Positions 19,158 through 28,502 of a DNA stretch of 64,000 nucleotides are shown here, one piece after another. The notes under the pieces are model-generated. The model saw only the letters and a program-made list of their open reading frames with translations. It had not been told where the DNA came from and ran no database searches. The DNA is from Elusimicrobiales bacterium (GTDB lineage: Bacteria > Elusimicrobiota > Elusimicrobia > Elusimicrobiales > UBA9959). The stretch is from the NCBI GenBank assembly GCA_024681855.1, contig JAILAB010000064.1:3190-67189 (forward strand), in the 5' to 3' direction. Every line of letters starts with the position of its first letter. The stretch's first letter is position 1. Position numbers and translations under genes: made by a program.

Positions 19158-20141
19158 TCATGAATACCTTGCATCAATTTTTTTCAGAAGCATTATAGCG
19201 GGAGTAAGCAGAAAATATAATTTCAGATGAATCATTAGAAACACGAAACCCTCCAGTCCTTTTTGTTTTAAAAGCATGCTGTTTGTTTCGCTGAAAATGC
19301 CATAAAACAGGGAATAGTCTGGTTTAGCCAAAGTAACTAGGGCCATTTTTTTCATGATCAGCTTTATTTTAAAAATAACAGCTGAATATTTTTCCCGTTC
19401 AAATTCTGACAGACCATTCTCAAAAGCAGTAAAAACACGGGCAAAATCTTTTATCCTCGCCTCAGAAATATTATGAGACAGACCGTTTCCCTTAAGCCGG
19501 TAATGGGAAAGATATTTTCCTGTAAAATAATTTACAGAGGAATAAATAAAACATCTCAAACTAAAAAGAATATCTTCTCCGATTGAAATATTTTCATCAA
19601 AAAAAATATCATTATCAAAAATAAGACTTTTTTTATATAAAGCCGTCGTCACAAAACCGGTAAACATATCAGCATTTTCAAAAACAGAAAAAAATCCCTT
19701 AGGGAAAAAAGGCCTTTTGCTAGAGCGCAAATCATACTCATCGCTAAAATTCCATTGCACTATGTTTGCTCCTGTTGAAACAGCATCCGAATATGCCTCG
19801 CTAAGAGTATCTTTTTCCAGCCAGTCATCGCTGTCAAGGAAAACAATATAATCAGCGCTTGCCTCATATATTCCGGCGTTGCGGGCTTTAGAAACCCCAT
19901 GGCTTTTTAATGCCTCATTATCTTTTAAGGATATGAGACGGAAACGGCTATCCTTTTCTGAAAACATCTGAGCTATTTTTTCTGAGCCATCCGAAGAACA
20001 GTCATTAACCATAAGCACTTCAAACTTTGAAAAATTCTGTGCCTGTAATGAATTAAGGCTATTGCGAATAAATTTCTCAGCATTATGAAACGGAACTATA
20101 ATGCTTATTTCTGGTTTTGATAAAGCTGCATCAGAGCTCAT
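19158..20141 (-). CDS. Family 2 glycosyltransferase
   Basis: EISIIVPFHNAEKFI...VLMVNDCSSDGS...IVFLDSDDW (GT2 DxD). ATG at 20139-20141; the track start at 20147 is a TTG. Confidence 0.8.
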   Translation of the reverse strand: MSSDAALSKPEISIIVPFHNAEKFIRNSLNSLQAQNFSKFEVLMVNDCSSDGSEKIAQMFSEKDSRFRLISLKDNEALKSHGVSKARNAGIYEASADYIVFLDSDDWLEKDTLSEAYSDAVSTGANIVQWNFSDEYDLRSSKRPFFPKGFFSVFENADMFTGFVTTALYKKSLIFDNDIFFDENISIGEDILFSLRCFIYSSVNYFTGKYLSHYRLKGNGLSHNISEARIKDFARVFTAFENGLSEFEREKYSAVIFKIKLIMKKMALVTLAKPDYSLFYGIFSETNSMLLKQKGLEGFVFLMIHLKLYFLLTPAIMLLKKIDARYS

Positions 20142-20263
20142 TGCCAAATACCTCAGTTAAGTTTACAAACAATATGACATTAGAACTGCATCAATTTATA
20201 ATCATAAGAAATATTCTCTGCTATAATATAAAAAAGCATACTTTTTTTCAAGAAGAACATTAT

Positions 20264-21238
20264 ATGAATCGCACAAAACGCGAAAGCCCTGAAATATCTG
20301 TTATTATACCAGTATATAACGCTGAAGAACGGATCAGCCTATGCCTTGACTCATTGCAAGCTCAAACTTTTAAAAATTTTGAAATCATAGCAGTGGATGA
20401 CGGCTCAATTGACAGATCATTAGAAATACTGTTTGAAAGGGCAAAAAAAGATTCGCGAATAAAAGTGATAAAACAAAAAAATTCAGGCCCTGGAGCTGCC
20501 AGAAACACTGGGATTTCAGCCGCGCGCGGACAATTTATTATCATGCCTGATGCCGACGATTATTTGGAACCTGAAACTTTTGAATATGCAGTCAAAGCAG
20601 CAAAAGAAACAGGCGCAGACATTATCCAATGGAATTATATAAACGAATATCAAAACGCATCTGTTTCCACTGATAGGAAAAAAAACTTTTTTTTAGATTT
20701 TAGAACAACGCCAGAAGCTTACTGTTTCGTGGTATGGGATAAAATGATAAAACGGAAAACAATAGGGAATATTAGATTTCCATGCTCAATGAGATATTTT
20801 GAAGATTCCGTATTTATCTTCCACATTTACCTTGCAGCAAAAAAAACCTATTTTATAAATAAGTTTTTTTACCACTACATGATTTATGAAAATTCCCTGT
20901 CAAACCCCATATCACCAAGGCATCTGGAAGATGTAAAAAAAGGCATATCTCTCATTGAAAAAAGCCTGGCAAGAAACAATAGAGCCGAGGAGTGTTCTGC
21001 CGTTATTTTTATGTTAAAGCTTTATGTAAAGCTGTTATGCATGAAAGTATTTAACCCGCCTGACTTTCAAATGGCAAGGGAAACTTTCCCTGAAAATAAC
21101 AAATATTTCATGAAAGCTGGAGGAATACCTCTAAAAATTATATTTTTCCTGCTTTATATGCGAATGGACTTCCCGTTAAGACTAATAATAAAAGCCTGGT
21201 TTGCAAGGCATTCAAGGCCCAAGCCATTCAAAAAATAA
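20264..21238 (+). CDS. Family 2 glycosyltransferase
   Basis: From the ATG at 20264: MNRTKRESPEISVIIPVYNAEERI...IIAVDDGSIDRS...IIMPDADDY. The track's upstream extension to 20117 would overlap the divergent GT2 gene and is not GT2-like. Confidence 0.8.
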   Translation: MNRTKRESPEISVIIPVYNAEERISLCLDSLQAQTFKNFEIIAVDDGSIDRSLEILFERAKKDSRIKVIKQKNSGPGAARNTGISAARGQFIIMPDADDYLEPETFEYAVKAAKETGADIIQWNYINEYQNASVSTDRKKNFFLDFRTTPEAYCFVVWDKMIKRKTIGNIRFPCSMRYFEDSVFIFHIYLAAKKTYFINKFFYHYMIYENSLSNPISPRHLEDVKKGISLIEKSLARNNRAEECSAVIFMLKLYVKLLCMKVFNPPDFQMARETFPENNKYFMKAGGIPLKIIFFLLYMRMDFPLRLIIKAWFARHSRPKPFKK

Positions 21239-21240
21239 GA

Positions 21241-21275
21241 AAGGCCGTAATCATTTTTAAGATCCCGGCCTTTTT
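21241..21275 (+). terminator. Putative terminator between convergent GT2 and subtilase genes
   Basis: AAGGCCG-(18-nt loop)-CGGCCTT followed by TTTT. The loop is long, so confidence is modest. Confidence 0.45.
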
Positions 21276-21320
21276 CAGTCCTTTTTTCTGTTTTATATAA
21301 ACTTAAGCTAAAACATTCTA

Positions 21321-22574
21321 TTATTTGCTCTTAACCAGCCAGGCAGCATTGGCAAGGCCTCGTCCCTGTTCTTCCGGAGTAAGATTAGGAAGCGGAATAG
21401 CTGTGCTTTTTAAAGCAATGCGCACAGAATCGGCTGAATATCCCATTGAAAGGGCAAGCGCTGCTATTCCAGCCACATGAGGACTGGCCATAGACGTACC
21501 CGATTTATTGCCATATTCTCCGTCCATTGTTGTGGATATGATGCTTGCGCCAGGAGCAATCACGTCAACCTCCTTGCCTCTGGAAGAAAAATATGCCACT
21601 TTATCCCTTTTATCTGAGGCCGCAACAGCAATAGTTTCGGGATAACGCCCTGGGTAGCTCATTACGCCATTAGGGCCTCTATTGCCAGCTGAACAAACAA
21701 TTATGATTCCAGCCTTGTATGCTGCCTTTATGGCTTTTTCCTGCGCTTCTGTTTTTTCTGGAGAGCCAAGGCTCATGTTTATTACCTGCATGCCATTTTT
21801 TATGGCCCATTCTATGCCTTCAATTACGCTGGAACGGTCTCCAGAACCATTGGAAGCTAAAACTCTAACTGAATATATTTTTGCCTTAGGGGCAACGCCT
21901 ACAACGCCTTTGTCATTACGGGCTGCTGCTATTATGCCAGCGACATGCGTGCCATGACCATGCCCATCCATAGGACCGGTCATTTCATAAGTAAAATCAA
22001 CTCCGCCCGCATAATTATCTTTCAGATCCTCGTGATCGTAATTAATACCGGTGTCTATAACCGCAACTTTCACGCCAGCCCCTTCTGTCACGCTCCATGC
22101 ATTCTGAGCATTTACGCGAGATATTCCCCAAGGATATTCTTTGCCAAACTGCCAGTCTTCCCATAAAGGAGGAACAGGGGCAGCTGCTGAACCGCCATCT
22201 CTCACAGCCGCAGCAGGAGAAACAGCTTTAGCAGAAACAGGTTTAACGGCTGAGCTTTTTCCAGTACCGGCATGCTTATATAAAGAATTAAGTATTGAAT
22301 CATCTTCAAGCCAATATTCGCGCTTGTCTTCTTCTATAGTCATGCCCGGAGCTCGGCGGCTAATAAGGCGCTCTGCCTGGTCTTCAGAAAGATCCAAAAG
22401 GGCGCCATCTATGAAATTAAATGTCTTCACTACTTCACCGCCGGAACGAGTAACAAAAACATCCCAGTTTATTGGAGCTCGCGTATCGTTCTGCACAGTA
22501 ACTATATAACGTTTAGCATCAGCGTGAATGGCAAAGAAAAAAAGAAAAGACAAAGAAATTAAAATTTTTTTCAT
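21321..22574 (-). CDS. Secreted subtilisin-like S8 serine peptidase with I9 propeptide (paralog 1)
   Basis: Signal peptide MKKILISLSFLFFFAIHADA. Propeptide RYIVTVQNDTR...RRAPGMTIEEDK. Triad contexts VAVIDTGI, HGHGTHVAGIIAA, GTSMASPHVAG. Confidence 0.88.
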   Translation of the reverse strand: MKKILISLSFLFFFAIHADAKRYIVTVQNDTRAPINWDVFVTRSGGEVVKTFNFIDGALLDLSEDQAERLISRRAPGMTIEEDKREYWLEDDSILNSLYKHAGTGKSSAVKPVSAKAVSPAAAVRDGGSAAAPVPPLWEDWQFGKEYPWGISRVNAQNAWSVTEGAGVKVAVIDTGINYDHEDLKDNYAGGVDFTYEMTGPMDGHGHGTHVAGIIAAARNDKGVVGVAPKAKIYSVRVLASNGSGDRSSVIEGIEWAIKNGMQVINMSLGSPEKTEAQEKAIKAAYKAGIIIVCSAGNRGPNGVMSYPGRYPETIAVAASDKRDKVAYFSSRGKEVDVIAPGASIISTTMDGEYGNKSGTSMASPHVAGIAALALSMGYSADSVRIALKSTAIPLPNLTPEEQGRGLANAAWLVKSK

Positions 22575-22701
22575 ATATAATCCTAAACAATTGTAATCTT
22601 ATTTATAAGTATAATATTTTTTTTGAAGATGACATAGTACAAAAGACCCATAAAAAAGGCGGACATGACCAAGCCCGCCTTTATGATTCCACAGAAAAGT
22701 T

Positions 22702-23934
22702 CTATTTTATAAGCCTTGCAGCATTAGGTATGCCAGAGCCCTGCTCTGAAGCTGAAAGCCCCTGAACAGGCACAGCTGCGGCTTTAAGGGCTGCCCTTAT
22801 CGCCGCCGGAGTTTTGTAACCGGCAGCATAAGCAAGAGCGGCAAGGCCAGCCACATGAGGGCAAGCCATTGATGTGCCATGCAGTTCCTGGTATTTTCCG
22901 TCAATAGAAGTGGAGTTAATCCACATTCCGGGAGCCATAACATCAATTTCTGATCCCCTTGAAGAGAATGGGGCTATTTCATTTTTTGGGCCGGAAGCTG
23001 AAACGGCTATTGTTTCAGGATATTTGGCAGGATAGTTTACCGGGCCGCCATCATTGCCTGCAGCACAGACAATGGTAACGCCGCTGTTTACAGCCTGCTT
23101 AATAGCTTTGTGCATGGCTTCCACATACGGACCGCCGCCAAGGCTCATGTTAGCGATATTCATTTTATTTTTCACTGCCCACTCAAGGCCTTTTATTATG
23201 GCAGAAAGAGAACCTGAGCCATCCTTGTTCATTACTTTAACCGCATAGAGCTGCGCCTTAGGAGCAACTCCTACTACGCCTTTGCCATTACGGGCCGCAG
23301 CTATAGTGCCTGCGACATGCGTGCCATGCCCCTGGTCATCTAGGGGGCTTCCTAAGCCAACTATGCCTTTTATGCCTGAATAGTTCACTCCTGACACATA
23401 ATTAGCCTTAAGGTCTTCATGATTAAAATTAATGCCAGTATCAATGACTGCCACTTTCACTCCCGCGCCTTCCGTTATATTCCAGAAAGCGGCAGCATTA
23501 ACTCTCATTATTCCCCATGGAAATTCTCCCTGTGAAGGAACAGTTGTAGTCAAAGCCTGTGCTTCCTGCGCAGCAGAAGGCATTGGAGCAGGCACTGCGG
23601 GCTTATTAACTTTCGCAGATGTGCCAGAATACTTGTTTAATTCATTCAAAGCAGAGGAATCACCTTTAATCCAGTTTATGGTAAAGTCTTCCTCAATAGT
23701 CATTCCCGGAGCGCGCCGGCTCATCATGCGCGATGCCTGCTCTTCTGAAAGGTCAAGCAGTGCTCCGTCTATGAAATCGTATGTGTCTACAACCTCACCG
23801 CCGGCACGGGTAACAAAAACATCCCAATTAATTGGCGCGCGGGTATTATTTTCAACGGTTATAATATACCGTTTTGCATCTGCCGCCGATGCGAAAAGAG
23901 TTAAGCAAATGGCAAATAAAAATATTTTTTTCAT
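22702..23934 (-). CDS. Secreted subtilisin-like S8 serine peptidase with I9 propeptide (paralog 2)
   Basis: Signal peptide. The propeptide is nearly collinear with paralog 1 (RYIITVENNTRAPINWDVFVTRAGGEVV...). Triad contexts VAVIDTGI, HGTHVAGTIAA, GTSMACPHVAG. Confidence 0.88.
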   Translation of the reverse strand: MKKIFLFAICLTLFASAADAKRYIITVENNTRAPINWDVFVTRAGGEVVDTYDFIDGALLDLSEEQASRMMSRRAPGMTIEEDFTINWIKGDSSALNELNKYSGTSAKVNKPAVPAPMPSAAQEAQALTTTVPSQGEFPWGIMRVNAAAFWNITEGAGVKVAVIDTGINFNHEDLKANYVSGVNYSGIKGIVGLGSPLDDQGHGTHVAGTIAAARNGKGVVGVAPKAQLYAVKVMNKDGSGSLSAIIKGLEWAVKNKMNIANMSLGGGPYVEAMHKAIKQAVNSGVTIVCAAGNDGGPVNYPAKYPETIAVSASGPKNEIAPFSSRGSEIDVMAPGMWINSTSIDGKYQELHGTSMACPHVAGLAALAYAAGYKTPAAIRAALKAAAVPVQGLSASEQGSGIPNAARLIK

Positions 23935-24008
23935 AATATGCTCCTATTTTAATTATAGCGGAACAGCATAGATAATCATAGGCCAAAAGACCCAAAAAAA
24001 TTTATGAC

Positions 24009-24043
24009 AAAAAAAACGCCGGATTAATCCGGCGTTTTTTTTT
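24009..24043 (-). terminator. Rho-independent terminator after subtilase paralog 3 (symmetric)
   Basis: A8-ACGCCGG-attaat-CCGGCGT-T9. It lies 15 nt downstream of the 24058 stop. Confidence 0.85.
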
Positions 24044-24057
24044 AGTTATGGCTTTTC

Positions 24058-25275
24058 TTACTTTATATTAGCGGCATTTACAAGGCCATTTCCCTGCTGC
24101 TCAGCTGTAAGGACTGGGAGCTTTACGGCAGCTTTCTTTAAAGAAGAAAGAACCGTTGATGGCGTTTTATGGCCACGGCCTACTGATAAGGCAGCGAGGC
24201 CAGCCATGTGAGGGCAAGCCATTGATGTGCCAGACATTTTCTGATAACCTCCGCTAATAGAAGTTGAATAGATGTCAACGCCCGGAGCAATAAATTCTAT
24301 TTCAGAACCGCGACTGGAGAAATATGCGATATTATTATTAATGTCAGAAGCTGATACAGCTATGGACTCAGCATATTTAGCAGGATAATTTACTGGACCG
24401 CTGTCATTGCCTGCAGCACACACAACAGTGACTTTCGCCGCTACAGCTGCTTTTATAGCATTGTGCATAGCAGTCATATAACCGCCGCCGCCAAGGCTCA
24501 TATTGATAACATTCATTTTATTTTTTGTAGCCCATTCAATGCCGCTTATTATAGCTGAATAAGAACCGCTGCCATTTGAAGCCAAAACCTTGACCGCATA
24601 AAGTTTTGCTTTCGGGGCAACGCCAACCACGCCATATCCGTTACGGGCAGCAGCAATTGTGCCAGCGACATGAGTGCCATGTCCCTGATCATCAAGAGGC
24701 TGCGCGGAAGGATTTATCGCATTATATCCTCCAGCATAGTTTTCCTTTAGATCGGCATGATTATAATTAATGCCTGTGTCTATAACGGCAACCTTTACGC
24801 CAGCGCCTTCGGTAAATGACCAGGCTCCGTAAGCATTTACTTTTGAAACTCCCCACGGAATTTCATTATCCATGATAAAAGGGAAAGAAGAGTCGCTTTC
24901 AATGGCAGCAGGCGCAACCATTGGCACCTGAATCTCATTGTTCCTTGCGCTGTCAAGTATGTTAGAAAGAGAAGGAAGAACAACTGATGAGCGGAGATTT
25001 TCTTGCTCGCCTGCAAGCCAGTTTATAACCTTATCTTCTTCTATGGCAATAACGCCATTCACTTTAGATATGTCGCTCACGCTGCGTTTTGCTGGTATTT
25101 CGGCAAGCACAGCGCTGATTGTTTCATACTGAAGCTTAATCTTTCCGCCATTCTTAATAATAGCAGAGCGCACTGAATCGGCACGCGCAGGAGCATAGCT
25201 TATTATGTAATCAGCCGCATTAGCATTAGCGGCAAGCAAGGCGGATAAAAGCGCCAAAGCCATAATTTTTTTCAT
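24058..25275 (-). CDS. Secreted subtilisin-like S8 serine peptidase with divergent propeptide (paralog 3)
   Basis: ATG at 25273-25275 preceded by AAGGAG. Signal peptide MKKIMALALLSALLAANANA. Triad contexts VAVIDTGI, HGTHVAGTIAA, GTSMACPHMAG. Confidence 0.88.
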   Translation of the reverse strand: MKKIMALALLSALLAANANAADYIISYAPARADSVRSAIIKNGGKIKLQYETISAVLAEIPAKRSVSDISKVNGVIAIEEDKVINWLAGEQENLRSSVVLPSLSNILDSARNNEIQVPMVAPAAIESDSSFPFIMDNEIPWGVSKVNAYGAWSFTEGAGVKVAVIDTGINYNHADLKENYAGGYNAINPSAQPLDDQGHGTHVAGTIAAARNGYGVVGVAPKAKLYAVKVLASNGSGSYSAIISGIEWATKNKMNVINMSLGGGGYMTAMHNAIKAAVAAKVTVVCAAGNDSGPVNYPAKYAESIAVSASDINNNIAYFSSRGSEIEFIAPGVDIYSTSISGGYQKMSGTSMACPHMAGLAALSVGRGHKTPSTVLSSLKKAAVKLPVLTAEQQGNGLVNAANIK

Positions 25276-25398
25276 ATATAATCTCCTTAAAATTTTGTAA
25301 GCAGGGCATGACAATGCTTCATTTCAGCCAGCTTTAGTCTATATTATAATATAATGTAAAAGAAAAACATAGTAAACAATGCCCTAATGACCTTAGGC

Positions 25399-25419
25399 CC
25401 TTAGACCTAGTGTCTAAGG
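25399..25419 (-). terminator. Hairpin just after serS stop (no U-tract)
   Basis: CCTTAGAC-ctagt-GTCTAAGG, an 8-bp perfect stem 7 nt downstream of the serS stop. There is no T-run, so terminator function is uncertain. Confidence 0.3.
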
Positions 25420-25426
25420 CTGAAAA

Positions 25427-26677
25427 CTATTTTTCATTTTTTATAATATCAAAGCCTGTATATTTGCGCAAGCATTCAGGAATAATGACATCTCCCTGTT
25501 CTGTCTGATTGCTTTCAATTATCGCAAGAAGCGGACGGTCGCTTGCAACGGTGCCATTCAGAGTATGCGCAAGGCAGCGCAGACCTTTTTCATCTGTCAT
25601 GCGGATTTTTGCCCTTCTGGCTTGATAATCAGTAGTATTGCTAGTGCTTGTAACTTCCCTGTATTTGCCTTGGCCAGGGAACCATGCCTCACAGTCATAT
25701 TTCTTGGCGGCAGGAAAACCTAAATCTCCAGAACACACATTCAGCACGCGATAGCACATTCCCAGTTCCTGAAGTATGCTTTCCTCATGCGCAAGCAGCT
25801 CATCATGTATCTTCCAGGAATCTTCAGGGCGGCAGAATACAACCATCTCAACCTTGTAAAACTGATGAACCCTGAACATGCCCCTCGTATCTTTGCCATA
25901 GCTTCCAGACTCTCTCCTGAAACATGGAGTTACAGCCACATATTTAAGAGGAAGATCTTCCGCCTTAAGTATTTCATTGGCATGCATATATATAAGCGGA
26001 ACTTCCGAAGTGCCAATAAGGAAAAGCTTATCATCGTCAGGATTAACTGAATAAATCTCATTCTTGTCCGCCGGGAAAAAACCTGTAGCAAACATAGCAT
26101 CTTCTTTAACCATTATAGGAGGCAATACAAGCTGAAAGCCTTTAGCTATTGTGCGGTCAATGGCAAATTGAATTATAGAGCGTTCAAGAACAGCAAGCTT
26201 ATCTTTCAGATAATAGAATCTGCTGCCGGAAGCCTTTGCGCCTCTTTCCAGATCCATCATTCTGGCAACGCTTTCAACCTGAAAATGCTCCTTTGGCTTA
26301 AAGGAAAATTCCGGCTTAGTGCCACAAAAACGCACTGTGACATCTTCAGTTTCATCCTTGCCAATGGGAGTGGTCTCATGATTCATGTTAGGAATACGCA
26401 ATGCAAAATCGTTTACCTGAGCCTCCATTTCAGCAAAAGATGTTTCAAGCGTTTTCAGCAATTTTCCGGCTTCTTTTATTTTTGCAATTTCATCAGGAGT
26501 TGGTTTGCTGACAGATTTTTTTCTGCGCTCGCTGCGCATAGCTTCTATTTTCTGCTGAAGCTCATAACGGGAATCATAAAGCTGAATGAATTTTTTGAAA
26601 TCAAGCTTTACATTTCTGCTCAGGCAGTTTTTTTCAACAGTCTCAATATTGGCGCGAACAAATTTTAAATCAATCAT
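25427..26677 (-). CDS. serS: Seryl-tRNA synthetase
   Basis: 416 aa. MIDLKFVRANIE N-terminal coiled-coil arm. Class II motifs FRVHQFYKVEMVVF, TPCFRRESGSYGKDTRG and GTVASDRPLLAIIE. Confidence 0.92.
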   Translation of the reverse strand: MIDLKFVRANIETVEKNCLSRNVKLDFKKFIQLYDSRYELQQKIEAMRSERRKKSVSKPTPDEIAKIKEAGKLLKTLETSFAEMEAQVNDFALRIPNMNHETTPIGKDETEDVTVRFCGTKPEFSFKPKEHFQVESVARMMDLERGAKASGSRFYYLKDKLAVLERSIIQFAIDRTIAKGFQLVLPPIMVKEDAMFATGFFPADKNEIYSVNPDDDKLFLIGTSEVPLIYMHANEILKAEDLPLKYVAVTPCFRRESGSYGKDTRGMFRVHQFYKVEMVVFCRPEDSWKIHDELLAHEESILQELGMCYRVLNVCSGDLGFPAAKKYDCEAWFPGQGKYREVTSTSNTTDYQARRAKIRMTDEKGLRCLAHTLNGTVASDRPLLAIIESNQTEQGDVIIPECLRKYTGFDIIKNEK

Positions 26678-26751
26678 AAAATACCTCTGCAGAAGATAAA
26701 AATAAATTTCTGCTAATTAATAAAAATCATAAATCAGACACAAGCAAACGA

Positions 26752-28383
26752 TCATTCCTTATGATGCCGCTTATGCATTCCTTTCTCATCATTTTTATCT
26801 TTTCCATAATTATTTTCTTCATTTACTGCATATTCATCATTTGTTTCCGGCTTGTCTTCCTTATGACGCCGCTTATGCATTCCTTTCTCATCATTTTTAT
26901 CTTTTCCATAATTATTTTCTTCGTTTACTGCATATTCATCTTTTGTTTTTGGCTTATAGCCCCGCTTCTGAGATACAGCATTAGTATTCTCCGTTTGCTC
27001 AGTTGCGGGCTCTTTATGCAGCGGAACCGTTTTGTGCAAAGGCCTCATTGACGTTGGAGTGAAGCCTGTGCTGCCAGAAAGTTTCTTAAGCACATCTAGT
27101 TTAAACTTCAATACAGGCCTAATAGCAGCGATATCTGTTTTCTGAACCTCGCTTCCAAATTCAGCTATAAGCCCATTGCCTTCATAATAAGCAGCAAGAT
27201 TTGGATAAAGCCCTGGAGAGCGCAGCCACCATGAGCAGAATCCATTGGAATCAGCATTGCATTTACCCTCCGCATATGGAGTTGGAGTAGTAACGCTGTC
27301 GCCAGGATTCTGAAAAAGCTTTTTTCCTTCAGCTATGCTTAACAGGAAAACTTTATCATTAGTATTGTTTCCGCCTGCAGTGCCATATCTTTCGCTTTTG
27401 TCATTTATGACGCTTGTCATTGTTATTCCAGCTTTTTCAGCCTCGCTGAAAGCCTCATTATAGAAAGAGCCATTAAGCCATGCCCTCAATGAACTATTTT
27501 CCCATGTAATATTGTCCTTTTGGCTATTATAAGGCATTACTTCTAATAAATGACGGCTTATAAGCAATGCTGTTCCATCCGAATACGTTTCTAATATATT
27601 CCATTCAATCGGTTTACTGCCGCCATCCGAATCATATTTATAAGAACCAAATTTCACGACATCGCCAGCCTTAAGACTGTCATTTTTTGCTTTATTTCCC
27701 TTTTTATTTAATTTTGCCGAGGTCTCCATTGCTCGCAAGTCATATTTCATGGCTACGCGCAAAGCGCCATACACATCATATATTGTTTCACCATCATAAT
27801 TAATGTGTCCGTTTTCCCTAACATATGACATATTGAGATTATCAAGGCCGGAGGTTCGGAGCCACCACCAGCAGGCATTGCTTTCAAAACCTCCATGAGA
27901 CATGGCATAAGGAGTAGCTATAGCTTTTCTGGAAGCATTATTATTAAAAAATCTTACAGCTTCCTGTATGCTCAATAGGAAAATCTTATCCTTTGTATTC
28001 CTTCCGCTTTTTGTTGAATACTCTGGGTTTATAGGATTGTCATTGTCAGAGGAAATAATGCCTTTCTGCTCTGCATCATTAAAAGCGGAATCATAAAATT
28101 CAGTATTAAGCCATTTTCTAATATATGACAAGTCCCAAGAAGTATTTTCATTTTTATCGCTTGCCGGTTTTGAGTCAATAGCATATTTGCTCAAAAGCAA
28201 AGCTGTTCCGTCTTCATATTTTTCAAGCACAATCCAATCTATCTGTTTTTTTGCGCCATTTGCAAAATACGGATATCTGCCAATCTTTATTATGCTTCCT
28301 GAATCATTTTTAGCATAAGAGCTTAAAACAGACAGTGTTATAAGAAGGATCGCAAGCAGGGTGTTTTTAAGAATCTTCAGCAT
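26752..28383 (-). CDS. Secreted protein with two DUF6273-type modules and a repeat-containing basic/acidic tail
   Basis: ATG at 28381-28383 preceded by GGAG. Signal peptide MLKILKNTLLAILLITLSVLSSYA. Two modules (IGRYPY...IDWIVL...WLNTEF...DKIFLLS...WWWLRTSG; FGSYKY...PIEWNIL...WLNGSF...DKVFLLS...SWWLRSPG...IRP). The tail holds a duplicated 34-aa unit. Confidence 0.8.
   Translation of the reverse strand: MLKILKNTLLAILLITLSVLSSYAKNDSGSIIKIGRYPYFANGAKKQIDWIVLEKYEDGTALLLSKYAIDSKPASDKNENTSWDLSYIRKWLNTEFYDSAFNDAEQKGIISSDNDNPINPEYSTKSGRNTKDKIFLLSIQEAVRFFNNNASRKAIATPYAMSHGGFESNACWWWLRTSGLDNLNMSYVRENGHINYDGETIYDVYGALRVAMKYDLRAMETSAKLNKKGNKAKNDSLKAGDVVKFGSYKYDSDGGSKPIEWNILETYSDGTALLISRHLLEVMPYNSQKDNITWENSSLRAWLNGSFYNEAFSEAEKAGITMTSVINDKSERYGTAGGNNTNDKVFLLSIAEGKKLFQNPGDSVTTPTPYAEGKCNADSNGFCSWWLRSPGLYPNLAAYYEGNGLIAEFGSEVQKTDIAAIRPVLKFKLDVLKKLSGSTGFTPTSMRPLHKTVPLHKEPATEQTENTNAVSQKRGYKPKTKDEYAVNEENNYGKDKNDEKGMHKRRHKEDKPETNDEYAVNEENNYGKDKNDEKGMHKRHHKE
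26757..26960. repeat. In-frame 102-bp tandem duplication (2 copies) in the 3' end of the 26752-28383 gene
   Basis: Copies at 26757-26858 and 26859-26960 differ at only a few positions over the first ~85 nt. Each encodes DEYAVNEENNYGKDKNDEKGMHKR[RH]HKE. Confidence 0.95.
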
Positions 28384-28502
28384 AAAAAACTCCTTTTTAG
28401 CAGAATACAAATATTATATAAAAAAGCCAAACATTTAACTGGCAAAGCAAAGCTTTTTTCTCAGCATAAAATATGCATATTGCATTCCTGATAAGTTTAA
28501 TA

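Noticed and set aside
20117-20263. Upstream extension of the second GT2 ORF, overlapping the divergent GT2 gene
   Set aside because: The extension overlaps the 5' end of the 19158-20141 gene and has no GT2-like sequence. The internal ATG at 20264 is followed immediately by the canonical GT2 N-terminus (ISVIIPVYNAE).
4240-21238. AT-rich segments (4240-5793 and 16707-21238) as integrated mobile elements
   Set aside because: There is no integrase, transposase, tRNA attachment site or flanking direct repeats. The low G+C fits glycan or membrane gene cassettes, but mobile-element boundaries cannot be defined.
26678-26751. T-box leader upstream of serS
   Set aside because: Only 74 nt separate serS from the upstream gene, far too short for a T-box. 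The single 6-bp hairpin (GCAGAA...TTCTGC) is more likely a weak terminator of the upstream gene.
26757-26960. Tandem repeat considered as a possible CRISPR-like or minisatellite array
   Set aside because: There are only two copies of a 102-bp unit, with no spacers. The repeat is in frame inside a coding sequence and has no cas genes nearby, so it is a coding duplication.
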